Shown here: in pieces, positions 9,986 to 19,036 of the stretch
How positions within the stretch are numbered: the stretch's first letter is position 1
Layout: every line of letters starts with the position of its first letter
Origin: an uncultured Bdellovibrionales bacterium
Lineage (GTDB): Bacteria; Bdellovibrionota; Bdellovibrionia; Bdellovibrionales; Bdellovibrionaceae
Direction of reading: 5' to 3'
Length of the DNA: 64,000 nucleotides
Assembly (NCBI GenBank): GCA_903926205.1
Contig: CAIYID010000060.1
Location: 8,242-72,241 of the forward strand
Notes under the pieces: generated by a model
Database searches by the model: none
What the model was told of the DNA's origin: nothing
The model's input: the letters and a program-made list of their open reading frames with translations, nothing else
Made by a program: the position numbers and the translations under genes

Positions 9986-10720
9986 GGTCGAAATCGTTTT
10001 CAAAAAAAGTCGAACCGGTTCCGCATATTCTTCCTTGTAATCCCGCAGTCCATTCAGGTGCCCCGCTTGAGGAAGACTCAGGCGCTGCCAATCAATCTGG
10101 GAGTGAGGATCAAAAACCTGATCGATTTCTTGGGCAGATATCAAATGATCTTTCCACCCACGAATTGATAAAATTTTGAAATGCTCAGGAATATTTTTTA
10201 AATCCTCATGAACGGTTTCTTTGTAGTTCGGCGACCACACAAGAGCCATCACGAACGCCGCAGCTAGCCGTAAGGGAAGCAAGCGAATAGGCTCTTCGTG
10301 TTTTAAATAATTGATAGAAGATTGATAGAGATCTGCGGACGGCCCACTGTCACAGATGAGACCTTTGATATCGGTTGCATGTCGACGCGAAATGGCTTCG
10401 ATGGCACTCGCACTGGGGTTTGAAAAAGAATAGACAATCTTACTACCGGAAATTGAATTGAGTATTCCTTCGATTTGATCAGCCCAAATTCGTTTGAAAC
10501 CAAGACCTGAATCTGAAGAAAAAACACTTCCCTGAGTGTCTTTAAGACCTTTTTTTAAATCAAAAAAAACCACATCATAGCCAAGGTCATTAAAAAACTC
10601 TATGTGACGAGTGAGTGATGATTTTTTTGCTCCAAAAAATGGTACTAAAATCAAAGTCTCTTCAAATTTTTTGCACTTCGACTGACGGAATTCACCTTGC
10701 GAAGGTAAATGCAGATTCAT
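9941..10720 (-). CDS. Alpha/beta-hydrolase-fold-like protein, function unknown
   Basis: 259 aa. Beta-strand/loop pattern LILVPFFGAKK, a nucleophile-elbow-like YSFSNPS, and a late AGHLNGL histidine. Its 3' end overlaps the convergent methyltransferase gene by 45 nt. Confidence 0.4.
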   Translation of the reverse strand: MNLHLPSQGEFRQSKCKKFEETLILVPFFGAKKSSLTRHIEFFNDLGYDVVFFDLKKGLKDTQGSVFSSDSGLGFKRIWADQIEGILNSISGSKIVYSFSNPSASAIEAISRRHATDIKGLICDSGPSADLYQSSINYLKHEEPIRLLPLRLAAAFVMALVWSPNYKETVHEDLKNIPEHFKILSIRGWKDHLISAQEIDQVFDPHSQIDWQRLSLPQAGHLNGLRDYKEEYAEPVRLFLKTISTSLQTSNKKPLAGRN

Positions 10721-10755
10721 TTTTATCCTCCCCTCGAAGTTAATGTGAATTTGCG

Positions 10756-11721
10756 TTAGACTTCAAGAATAAAGTCCCAACGAATTTTGATGAGCCCACT
10801 TTCATCCACAATACCCCTCGGAGGATTTGGAAAAGGTGCTGCCGCTTTAAAGGCTTCAACGGCCGCCTCATCAAGCTCTCTAATGCCTGAATCTCCGATA
10901 ATTTGGACTCGCGTTAATTTCCCGGCTTTATCAAGTATCACAAGACAGCGTGTGATTTTATCTTCTGAAGAGGCAATCTGCCGACCCTGTCGATAAATCA
11001 ACATCATCTTTTCTTTCACTTTAGGCGCCCAAAATTGATTTAACTGACGTCGAATTCGAGCATAGTACGTGTAGTAAACAAACTCCCGCGTGCTCAATAA
11101 AGTTTCTAAACCAGGATCTAGCTCTTTGATATAATCAAGACTCTGACTGATTTTTTCGCCATTATTGCCAGGATTCTGTGCAGCAGGAGCTGGCTTTTGC
11201 TGTGGCTTTTCTTGCTGATTTTTTTCAGCCAGCTTAAGCCCGTCGAGATCATTGTCAATTTGTTGCTCTCGAACTTCTCGATCATGCACAGCTTTACTCA
11301 CATCGAACTGAGGAGAAAAATCTTTGACGTTCACTTTGTTTGGAGAACCACTCTCTCCTGCAATATTCGATTTACTTGCCGTGTTTTGAAATTCCCCATG
11401 ATTGGTCGCGCGAGTTTGCTTCTCTACTTTTTGATTATGAGCGGAAAGATATTTAGCCTTCTGATCTATTTCGTCATTGATCGGCTTTTCCGCCTGATCA
11501 ACGACCTGCTTAGCCATGTTTTTTTCTTCAGCTTCTATCTTATAAACGACCTTTTCTGAGGGCGGTTCAAGGATCTGGACCTCTATACGATCCGAATTAA
11601 ACTTTGGAGGTTCAAAAAGGAAAACTCCACTAGCTAATCCAAAGTGAACGAACAAAGAAACCATGATCGCAGTGATCAAGCCTAATCTAAATTTCTTTTT
11701 ACGTTGAGAAAGGTCCATCAT
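10756..11721 (-). CDS. TonB-family energy transducer-like protein
   Basis: 321 aa. N-terminal TM anchor, a charged/Pro-Gln-rich linker, and a C-terminal block (LDEAAVEAFKAAAPFPNPP) typical of the TonB C-terminal domain. Confidence 0.6.
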   Translation of the reverse strand: MMDLSQRKKKFRLGLITAIMVSLFVHFGLASGVFLFEPPKFNSDRIEVQILEPPSEKVVYKIEAEEKNMAKQVVDQAEKPINDEIDQKAKYLSAHNQKVEKQTRATNHGEFQNTASKSNIAGESGSPNKVNVKDFSPQFDVSKAVHDREVREQQIDNDLDGLKLAEKNQQEKPQQKPAPAAQNPGNNGEKISQSLDYIKELDPGLETLLSTREFVYYTYYARIRRQLNQFWAPKVKEKMMLIYRQGRQIASSEDKITRCLVILDKAGKLTRVQIIGDSGIRELDEAAVEAFKAAAPFPNPPRGIVDESGLIKIRWDFILEV

Positions 11722-11772
11722 CTATTTTATCGGTTTTACTTTTTTAATTATGAAGGCTAGAATCAACAGGAA

Positions 11773-12495
11773 ATGGGCATTGAAGCATTTTGTAAAACTG
11801 ATATAGGTCGGAGCCGACAATCGAACCAAGATTCCTTTTTAGTTAATCAGGACCTTGGTCTGTTTGTTGTTGCCGATGGAATGGGCGGACATTCTGGCGG
11901 AGAAGTGGCTTCGGCTGTCGCCGTAGAGTCTGTGGAAGATGTCATTGCGCGTCCACCAAAAGAAAATCTGAGTCCGAGAGAGCTATTGACTCATGCTTAT
12001 TCAGAAGCCAGTCGAAGAATTTTCGATAAAGCCGCCTACGAACGACCCGAATTGCTAGGAATGGGAACAACGATGGTCATGCTTCATCGTTTTGGAAATA
12101 GCATGTATATTTGCAACGTCGGCGACTCCCGTTGTTATTTATTTCGCAATCATCATCTCTGGCAAGTCACTGAGGATCATTCATTGGTCAACGAGCAACT
12201 ACGAGCCGGCTTGATCAACGAAGATCAGGTAAAAAATTTCGTCGGCCGCAACGTGATCACTCGAAGTGTTGGTTATGAACGCGAAGTTATTGTTGATGTC
12301 TACGAAAGACCTCTGACCAAAGGCGACGTCTTTTTACTTTGTTCCGATGGTTTAAGTGGAATGATCACGGATCAAAAAATATCTGAAATTTTGTCTTCAA
12401 ATTCACCAGAAAAAGCCACCGCGGCTTGCATCGAAAATGCCCTCACCAATGGCGGTCTCGATAATGTCACCGTATTGATCGTAGCTATTACCTAA
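11773..12495 (+). CDS. PP2C-family Ser/Thr protein phosphatase (Stp1-like)
   Basis: 240 aa. Motifs RQSNQDSF, VADGMGGHSGGEVAS, LLCSDGL and GGLDNVT. Confidence 0.85.
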   Translation: MGIEAFCKTDIGRSRQSNQDSFLVNQDLGLFVVADGMGGHSGGEVASAVAVESVEDVIARPPKENLSPRELLTHAYSEASRRIFDKAAYERPELLGMGTTMVMLHRFGNSMYICNVGDSRCYLFRNHHLWQVTEDHSLVNEQLRAGLINEDQVKNFVGRNVITRSVGYEREVIVDVYERPLTKGDVFLLCSDGLSGMITDQKISEILSSNSPEKATAACIENALTNGGLDNVTVLIVAIT

Positions 12496-12583
12496 CGCCC
12501 TCAGACATATTGAATTCTTGATCTCTTGCTTAGTTTTACGAGAAAACTACCTAGGATGAATTAAGTCAGATAGGATATTCGGA

Positions 12584-13588
12584 ATGGAACGCAAAGAAAT
12601 CACGTTTTTTATCGTCGGAAATGATTCTGGAATGAATCGCAGGATTTCTATTCCTGCTTCATGGTTAAAAGTCGGTGGTTTAATTTTAGGAGTTATTTTG
12701 ATCGCCCTGTCTGCGGCCGTGGTCGATTATTTGGGCCTCTTGATACAAACGGCCGAAAACAAACGTCTCAAAGCTGAAAATTCCGTTTTAACAAAACAGT
12801 TTCAAACAATCGAAGGAAAGGTGACAGCTCTAGAAACAAGTCTAGATCGAGTAAAAACTTTTACAACAAAATTGAAATTAATCACAAATATAGAGAGCGA
12901 AGATCGCGCTGTTAAATTAGGATTAAACAACAATCCACCGCCAAACGCTCCTGTAGAAGAATTGGATCAGCCGATGGACAAGCGGGAATCTCTAACTGAC
13001 TTAGAAAAATCAGATCAAGATTTTGTGCAACCCAAACAACCAGATGAAGGCAGCGGCGAGCTGGCAGTTCGAGAAGGAAGAGACTATCAATCCTTGGCGA
13101 TTCGAATTGATCGCTCGATCAAAGAAAGTCAACTTCGGGAACAAAGTGTTTTGGATTTATGGGAAACTCTTTCTCAAAAACAAAGCTTAATGAATGCCAT
13201 CCCAAATGTCAGACCCGCCCGTGGCTGGACCACCTCTCGCTTTGGGTATCGAACCTCACCATTCACCGGTCGCCCGGCTTTGCACGCTGGGCTTGATATT
13301 GCAGCTTCTCCTGGCTCACCAGTTTATGCTCCCGCTGACGGTATAGTGACTTTCGCAGGCTATGATGAGGGTTATGGAAAATTAGTTGCGGTCGATCATG
13401 GCTATGGCTATTCAACCCGCTTTGGCCATAACTCACAACTGTACGTCCAAGTAGGTCAGCGGGTCTCGCGATGGGATATTATTGCCTCTGTGGGAAATAC
13501 GGGCCGCAGTACCGGTCCGCATCTTCACTATGAGGTTCGCTTTAACGGAATTCCAAAAAATCCGGCAAACTTCATTCTTGATGACTGA
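12584..13588 (+). CDS. M23 (LytM-type) peptidoglycan endopeptidase with TM anchor and coiled coil
   Basis: 334 aa. TM helix, coiled-coil region, and a C-terminal M23 domain with HAGLDIAA and GPHLHYEV zinc-ligand motifs intact. Confidence 0.85.
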   Translation: MERKEITFFIVGNDSGMNRRISIPASWLKVGGLILGVILIALSAAVVDYLGLLIQTAENKRLKAENSVLTKQFQTIEGKVTALETSLDRVKTFTTKLKLITNIESEDRAVKLGLNNNPPPNAPVEELDQPMDKRESLTDLEKSDQDFVQPKQPDEGSGELAVREGRDYQSLAIRIDRSIKESQLREQSVLDLWETLSQKQSLMNAIPNVRPARGWTTSRFGYRTSPFTGRPALHAGLDIAASPGSPVYAPADGIVTFAGYDEGYGKLVAVDHGYGYSTRFGHNSQLYVQVGQRVSRWDIIASVGNTGRSTGPHLHYEVRFNGIPKNPANFILDD

Positions 13589-13761
13589 TTTTTTGTTCTT
13601 TTTCCATGTCAAAAAAGACAACACTTCCGCATGAAAAAAACTCCTGTTTTTCAAAAATAAAATAAGCAAATTTATTTTTTCAACAGATCCCTTTTTAAAA
13701 ATGATATATCGAAAAAGCTCATTGCGCTCATCCGCTTTGAGTATTTTTCGGGGGAAATATT

Positions 13762-14724
13762 ATGGGGTTAATTGGGAACTTGTTTTTTGCTATTCTATTG
13801 ATTGCGACGTCATTAAACACGACGGCTGCGGTAAATACTAATTCGGATGATCCAAATTTAATTAACGACTCTCTCGTTACAAATTTGCCCTGCGATCAAT
13901 TGACTGAAGAAAATGTTCTTACTTTTATAAATCGCAATGAAGCGTTTAAACTGACTCACCAAATTCCCGAAAGAAATTTTCCAGGGGGCCTGAGTCATGG
14001 CCTCTGCTGGGCTTTTTCCCTTGCCCAACGACGAATGTTTTATATGCTGCGATTTGGAGTCGCAGACATGCCAGAAGCTCCATCGGAAGAAACCGTGAAT
14101 CAAGCCTTGGATCTTGTCGGAAACCGGAATCATGAACTGTCACCGATTCAAATTTCAGACAGTGATTTGTTTAACGGCCGGAAAGATAGGTACGGATTCA
14201 CATGGCTACAAGAAAATAACTTTTTTAAATCATTAACTCAGGGCTTGCGCTCATCGGGTCGAACATTTGACAAAGAAATTATTCATAGACAAGAGCGAAG
14301 ATTTTTTTCGCCGTTTAACATCAGTCTAATAACTGGTTATCGAAATCGCTCTGAAGGGGCTAACTTCGACACAATGAATACGATATTAAAAAGCATGGCC
14401 CAAGGACGCATGCCTCTTCTGATTATTCGAATGGGAAGAACCATCGTTCATGTTGTTTTGGTCAGAGACGTTGCTGCAATTGGAGAAAATAAGTATCAAT
14501 TATCACTCTATGACTCTAACCACCCAGCAGCGAGCCAGGAAAAGATTATTTATGAAAATAATAACTTTTACGCCAGCGAAGTCATGGAAGGCCAGGATTT
14601 CGATCATGCTGCGACTGATCCTGTTGGAGTTTTTATCAGAGATGAAGACGACATGAACGCCATTCAGAGAGCTAATTTCAAGTATTACTCTTCCTTATGC
14701 GCAAGGAAAAAACTACAACAATGA
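13762..14724 (+). CDS. Secreted orphan protein with papain-fold-like cysteine peptidase signature
   Basis: 320 aa with a signal peptide. HGLCWAFS (Cys82) resembles the papain CGSCWAFS nucleophile block. TIVHVVLV (His230) and LYDSNH (Asp251/Asn253) follow in the order expected for clan CA. Confidence 0.4.
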   Translation: MGLIGNLFFAILLIATSLNTTAAVNTNSDDPNLINDSLVTNLPCDQLTEENVLTFINRNEAFKLTHQIPERNFPGGLSHGLCWAFSLAQRRMFYMLRFGVADMPEAPSEETVNQALDLVGNRNHELSPIQISDSDLFNGRKDRYGFTWLQENNFFKSLTQGLRSSGRTFDKEIIHRQERRFFSPFNISLITGYRNRSEGANFDTMNTILKSMAQGRMPLLIIRMGRTIVHVVLVRDVAAIGENKYQLSLYDSNHPAASQEKIIYENNNFYASEVMEGQDFDHAATDPVGVFIRDEDDMNAIQRANFKYYSSLCARKKLQQ

Positions 14725-14926
14725 GTCCAAAAAATTTGGATTACAAAATATTATGACACTGGCAAAGCAAATTGAAATGTAGATTTTCTCCGTCATAAAA
14801 AAAACAGGAGAATCTTTTTCAAACACTGACTAGTGTGAAAATCAGTTTAGAAAACTTCTCGTGTTGAATAATAGAAAATTAATTCTAACAACTCGATAAC
14901 TCTATTTAGACTAGAGGGTTGTTCCA

Positions 14927-15706
14927 ATGGAAAAATTGATGATCTTACTTTTTATGATCATGGTCACCCCTCATCTCTATGCTGGAGTTGAACGAATACC
15001 TGTGTCCGATGAAACGTTTAACAATAACGATTGTGAAAAAAATCAGAGTTGTGATCTCCTTAGTTTTAGACTCGAGGTGCACGATTCCATCGTTACTTTT
15101 CCGAACAAAGAGCAAAGTTTTTTGACGACCGCAAATATGAGTTACCAAACTAAAGACGTCGCTTCGCTTGAACGATTTGGCATTGTGCAATTTATTCAGG
15201 GTTGTCAATTTACTAGTGATAGCAACGGTGGAACTTTTTTAGAATTTAATCGAGAATACTTCAACAAAAAAGTCACTTATAAACATCCGAATCTTGTGAT
15301 TGACTCAGTCGATGCCGACCCACTTTATAATTCGGATTTAAGTGATGGAACTCGTCCAAGACATGCACTCTATCGCTGGAACGATGATCCAAAAAGCTTT
15401 GAACTTCAGGGCGAACACTTTTTTTTCGAAGAAAAACCGTCGATACCACAACTTTACGTTTCAGACAGACCTGGAACCGCGTTCTATGTAGCTCAAACAA
15501 AGAAAGCAAAAAATCTTTCGCTTCAATTTAAATCCTGCATTTTCAGAATTGAGGACATTCCTTTGGAATCATCGCCTGAAGGCCTCAAGCCTGAGCAAGC
15601 TCTCAAATGCCTCGAATGGTTCAGTAGTTATGTCTATGATTACGCTCTACAACGCTTCAATCGAAGCCATGAAATCGCTCCAGTTTGTCTCGGACCTGGT
15701 GAATAA
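14927..15706 (+). CDS. Secreted hypothetical protein
   Basis: 259 aa. Signal peptide (MILLFMIMVTPHLYAG), RBS AGAGGG, several conserved-looking Cys. No family recognised. Confidence 0.5.
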   Translation: MEKLMILLFMIMVTPHLYAGVERIPVSDETFNNNDCEKNQSCDLLSFRLEVHDSIVTFPNKEQSFLTTANMSYQTKDVASLERFGIVQFIQGCQFTSDSNGGTFLEFNREYFNKKVTYKHPNLVIDSVDADPLYNSDLSDGTRPRHALYRWNDDPKSFELQGEHFFFEEKPSIPQLYVSDRPGTAFYVAQTKKAKNLSLQFKSCIFRIEDIPLESSPEGLKPEQALKCLEWFSSYVYDYALQRFNRSHEIAPVCLGPGE

Positions 15707-15720
15707 AATCTCTTGAAGGA

Positions 15721-15743
15721 GACAGTCTCAAAATGAGGCTGTC
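15721..15743 (+). terminator. Candidate stem-loop terminator after the 14927-15706 gene
   Basis: GACAGTCTCA-aaa-TGAGGCTGTC, a 10-bp stem with one G-U pair, 15 nt after the stop. No clear T-tract follows. Confidence 0.3.
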
Positions 15744-15853
15744 GATGATTCACTCACCTGTTTGATTTTAACTAGTCACTAGTGAAGTTTTCGAATTGGG
15801 TAACTCTTAATATCACGAACGCTACTGGCACTAGTCTTGTATGCTAATAGAGT

Positions 15854-16489
15854 ATGGAACTGAGACAATCTTCACTCCTTATTGGAATTTTAGTATTGTT
15901 TATGAGTTTTTATACCTTGGCGGAAAGCCGACATCCCGCTTCACTTTCGCCAACCCTTAAAAATCAAATCTATCCCCTCGATCGTTGCGAAGTGAACTGT
16001 GCCGGTGAAGAAACTCTTTCCAGAGAATTAGTAGAAGTTTATGATTACATGAAAACCCAAAATACTTCGGACATCGAATACGGAAAATTAGTTCCCGCAG
16101 GTTTGCAATCAGTGCAAGACGCAAACTTGGCCGTGGGTAAAATTGCCGATCAAAGTTTGCAATATTGGTGGAATAATTCTGGAGCTAAAGATACTCCACT
16201 TGGAAAAAATGTAAATACAATTGAAAATAGTCTGAAAACAGAAGTCGATCTAGGCTCTCAGGGCTCTCTGAAACATAAATTAAATTTAGTCTACGATGCT
16301 TTTCAGACTCAAGCCAGAATGAAATATGAAGGTTACACTAGCGCAGAGATGTTCTATCAAGCTCGCGACTCTTCCATGGGACTGCAGATGATCAACAAAC
16401 TTGGAAACAATAAAGATTTGATCTTCGGAGAGACCGTTCGCTCCAGCTCAGATCAAACCAGCGAAGTGACCTTTAAGTACAATTGGTGA
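15854..16489 (+). CDS. Secreted hypothetical protein, possibly outer-membrane associated
   Basis: 211 aa. Signal peptide (LVLFMSFYTLAES). The C-terminus EVTFKYNW has the alternating/aromatic pattern of an OMP beta-signal. The 3' end overlaps convergent purD by 17 nt. Confidence 0.45.
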   Translation: MELRQSSLLIGILVLFMSFYTLAESRHPASLSPTLKNQIYPLDRCEVNCAGEETLSRELVEVYDYMKTQNTSDIEYGKLVPAGLQSVQDANLAVGKIADQSLQYWWNNSGAKDTPLGKNVNTIENSLKTEVDLGSQGSLKHKLNLVYDAFQTQARMKYEGYTSAEMFYQARDSSMGLQMINKLGNNKDLIFGETVRSSSDQTSEVTFKYNW

Positions 16490-17738
16490 TTTTAGCACCA
16501 ATGTCTTTTCGAATTTGAAGACCTCGCCAACGACATTTTTCTACTTGCGTATAAGCTTTTTCAATCGCCTCCTGAACTTGAGAGCCAATTCCCACCGCAT
16601 TAAGAACTCGTCCTCCACTGGTGCACCATTGACCTTCGGAGTTCTTTTTGCTTCCCGCATGCAAAAAATAGCTCGATTCAGATTCACTTCCAATATCACC
16701 CTCGATCAACACGCCTTTTTCGGGCGCTTCAGGATAACCAGGCGCTGCCATCACGACACAAGCGGCAGACAAGTTTTTAAATTTCAAATTTTTTAGTCGC
16801 CCTTGGGCAAGCTCTTTAATTAATAAACCAAAATCTTCATCAATGAGAGGTAGAATCACCTGAGTTTCAGGGTCACCGAAGCGGCAATTGTACTCTAGCA
16901 ACGAGGGCCCTTTTTCTGTGATCATCAATCCAAAAAAGATAATTCCTCGATAAACAAATCCGCGTTTTTGAATTTCACGCAGAGTGGGATGAATGATTTT
17001 TTCATCAATACTGCGTTTCAATTCATTTGAAATTTTTAGTGGCGCAACCGTTCCCATTCCCCCAGTATTAGGGCCTTCATCATTATCTCTCAAACGCTTG
17101 TGGTCTTGAGCAATAGGCAGACTTTCAAATTCAGAACCATTCGTCATAATAAGATAACTCAATTCCCAACCCGAAGTGAATTGCTCTAAAAGCGCTTGCT
17201 CCCCTGCTAGTCCAAGTGATTTTTTGACAAAAAGTTCTTGTGCCGCTTGCTCAAGTTCCTTCAGTGCTTTGCAAATAAAAACACCCTTGCCTCCCGCCAA
17301 GCCATCGGCTTTTAAAACATAAGGCGGAGTTTTCATTTTTGCCGCAACAAGGGTTTGCTCCACAGAACTCACCACTTCATAATCGGCGGTTGGAATTTTT
17401 GCAGCCGACATAAATTCTTTCGCAAAAATTTTCGAGCCTTCAAGCCGTGCGGCCTCTTGGTTGGGACCGACAACAAGAATTCCTCGCTCTCGCAAAAAAT
17501 TCGAAAGGCCAGCGACCAAGGGATCCTCCGGACCAATCATCACCACATCAATTTCAGTTTTTAGACAAAAAGCCAAAATATCTTCGAAGTTTCTCCAATC
17601 AAGATTGTGACACAAAGCATTTTTGGCGATCCCATCACTGCCGGGCACGGCATGAATTTCTGTAACAGAAGAACTCAAACTTAACGCATGGATGATGGCA
17701 TGTTCGCGGCCACCCTGACCTATGACGAGGACTTTCAT
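16473..17738 (-). CDS. purD: Phosphoribosylamine--glycine ligase
   Basis: Start MKVLVIGQGGREHA at ATG 17738 with a GGAGG RBS; the ORF extends to 17771. ATP-grasp and C-terminal PurD blocks are present throughout. Confidence 0.9.
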   Translation of the reverse strand: MKVLVIGQGGREHAIIHALSLSSSVTEIHAVPGSDGIAKNALCHNLDWRNFEDILAFCLKTEIDVVMIGPEDPLVAGLSNFLRERGILVVGPNQEAARLEGSKIFAKEFMSAAKIPTADYEVVSSVEQTLVAAKMKTPPYVLKADGLAGGKGVFICKALKELEQAAQELFVKKSLGLAGEQALLEQFTSGWELSYLIMTNGSEFESLPIAQDHKRLRDNDEGPNTGGMGTVAPLKISNELKRSIDEKIIHPTLREIQKRGFVYRGIIFFGLMITEKGPSLLEYNCRFGDPETQVILPLIDEDFGLLIKELAQGRLKNLKFKNLSAACVVMAAPGYPEAPEKGVLIEGDIGSESESSYFLHAGSKKNSEGQWCTSGGRVLNAVGIGSQVQEAIEKAYTQVEKCRWRGLQIRKDIGAKITNCT

Positions 17739-17812
17739 GATACCTCCAAGATTTTGACTCTTTATAATCAAAGTGAGAGCCTGAGTCGAAGATAAAATGA
17801 ACGAGGTAAAAA

Positions 17813-18994
17813 ATGGAAAATATTGTCGTTGTCGCTGGAAAAAGAACTCCCTTTGGTGCCTTTGGCGGATCTTTGAAGGATCTGTCTGCTACAGAGCTAG
17901 GTGTCATCGCCGCTCGCGCCACGCTGGCGCAAGCTGGAATCAATCCTGAACTTGTTGACCATGTGGTTTTTGGCAATGTTGTGCAATCGGGCGCAGATGC
18001 TGCGTACTTAGCCAGACACATTGGTTTGAAAAGTGGAATTCCAGTGAACACACCGGCCTTTATCGTCAATCGACTTTGCGGAAGTGGTTTTCAGTCTTGG
18101 GTGAATGCAGCTCAGATGATTCAGACAGGTGAAGCTAGCGTCGTACTCGCTGGTGGAGTTGAGCAAATGTCGCAGATTCCCTACATCATGCGAAATGTAC
18201 GTTTCAGCGGTTTGCGCTTAGGCGCTGGTGAGCTCGAAGATTATCTGACTTCAGCGCTCACTGATGCTTATGCGGGAATTCCGATGGCACTCACGGCGGA
18301 GAGTTTGGGCGAAAAATATGGAATCACGCGCGAACAAGTGGATGCTTTCTCTGTAAAAAGCCAACTGCGATGTAAAGCCGCCTTAGATAAAGGAATTTTC
18401 TTGGAGGAAATCACTCCGGTTAAAATTGAATCTAAAAAAGGTCCGCTTGAAATTCTCAAAGATGAACATCCAAAGCCAGAAGTGACACTAGAAAAAGTGC
18501 GAACCATGAAATCACTTTTTAAAAAGGATGGACTCGTGACTGCCGCAACGGCCTCAGGAATCGTCGATGGAGCCGCGGCTTCGATCCTCATGAGCGAAAA
18601 AAAGGCGAAGGATTTAGGATCAAAGCCTTTAGCAAAAATTATTTCTTATGCTTCTGTAGGATGCGATCCAAAAATAATGGGTATCGGTCCCGCTGGCGCG
18701 ATTCGTTCGGCTTTGCAAAAAGCGAATTTAAAATTAGAGCAAATGGATTTAGTGGAAGTGAACGAAGCCTTCGCGGCGCAATATTTAGCTGTCGAAAAAG
18801 AGCTTGGACTCAATCCAGAAAAAACTAATGTGAATGGTGGAGCCATTGCGCTTGGTCACCCATTAGGAGCCAGCGGAACTCGAATCATGAACCACTTAGT
18901 TTATGAACTCCATCGTCGGAAGAGTAAATATGCGATAGGTAGCGCTTGCATTGGTGGCGGACAAGGTATCGCCGTTATCATTGAACGAATTTAG
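17813..18994 (+). CDS. Acetyl-CoA C-acetyltransferase (thiolase II)
   Basis: 393 aa. Active-site NRLCGSG, NGGAIALGHPLGASG, and C-terminal CIGGGQG. Confidence 0.9.
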   Translation: MENIVVVAGKRTPFGAFGGSLKDLSATELGVIAARATLAQAGINPELVDHVVFGNVVQSGADAAYLARHIGLKSGIPVNTPAFIVNRLCGSGFQSWVNAAQMIQTGEASVVLAGGVEQMSQIPYIMRNVRFSGLRLGAGELEDYLTSALTDAYAGIPMALTAESLGEKYGITREQVDAFSVKSQLRCKAALDKGIFLEEITPVKIESKKGPLEILKDEHPKPEVTLEKVRTMKSLFKKDGLVTAATASGIVDGAAASILMSEKKAKDLGSKPLAKIISYASVGCDPKIMGIGPAGAIRSALQKANLKLEQMDLVEVNEAFAAQYLAVEKELGLNPEKTNVNGGAIALGHPLGASGTRIMNHLVYELHRRKSKYAIGSACIGGGQGIAVIIERI

Positions 18995-19036
18995 TTGAGT
19001 GAATCAAGCGCCGTTAATTCTGCGCACGGGGTGACT

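Noticed and set aside
14829-15844. Recurring ACTAGT hexamers in intergenic regions (14829, 15781, 15788, 15839; also 27746 and ~45148)
   Set aside because: The same 6-bp palindrome also occurs inside coding sequence (e.g. ~15212, ~50843). For a hexamer in 64 kb this number is near chance expectation, and I cannot compute enrichment here.
17635-18069. 144-aa minus-strand ORF spanning the purD start and the thiolase 5' end
   Set aside because: It overlaps two well-supported genes and their divergent promoter region. Its Ala/Pro/Thr-rich composition is characteristic of an antisense reading of the thiolase.
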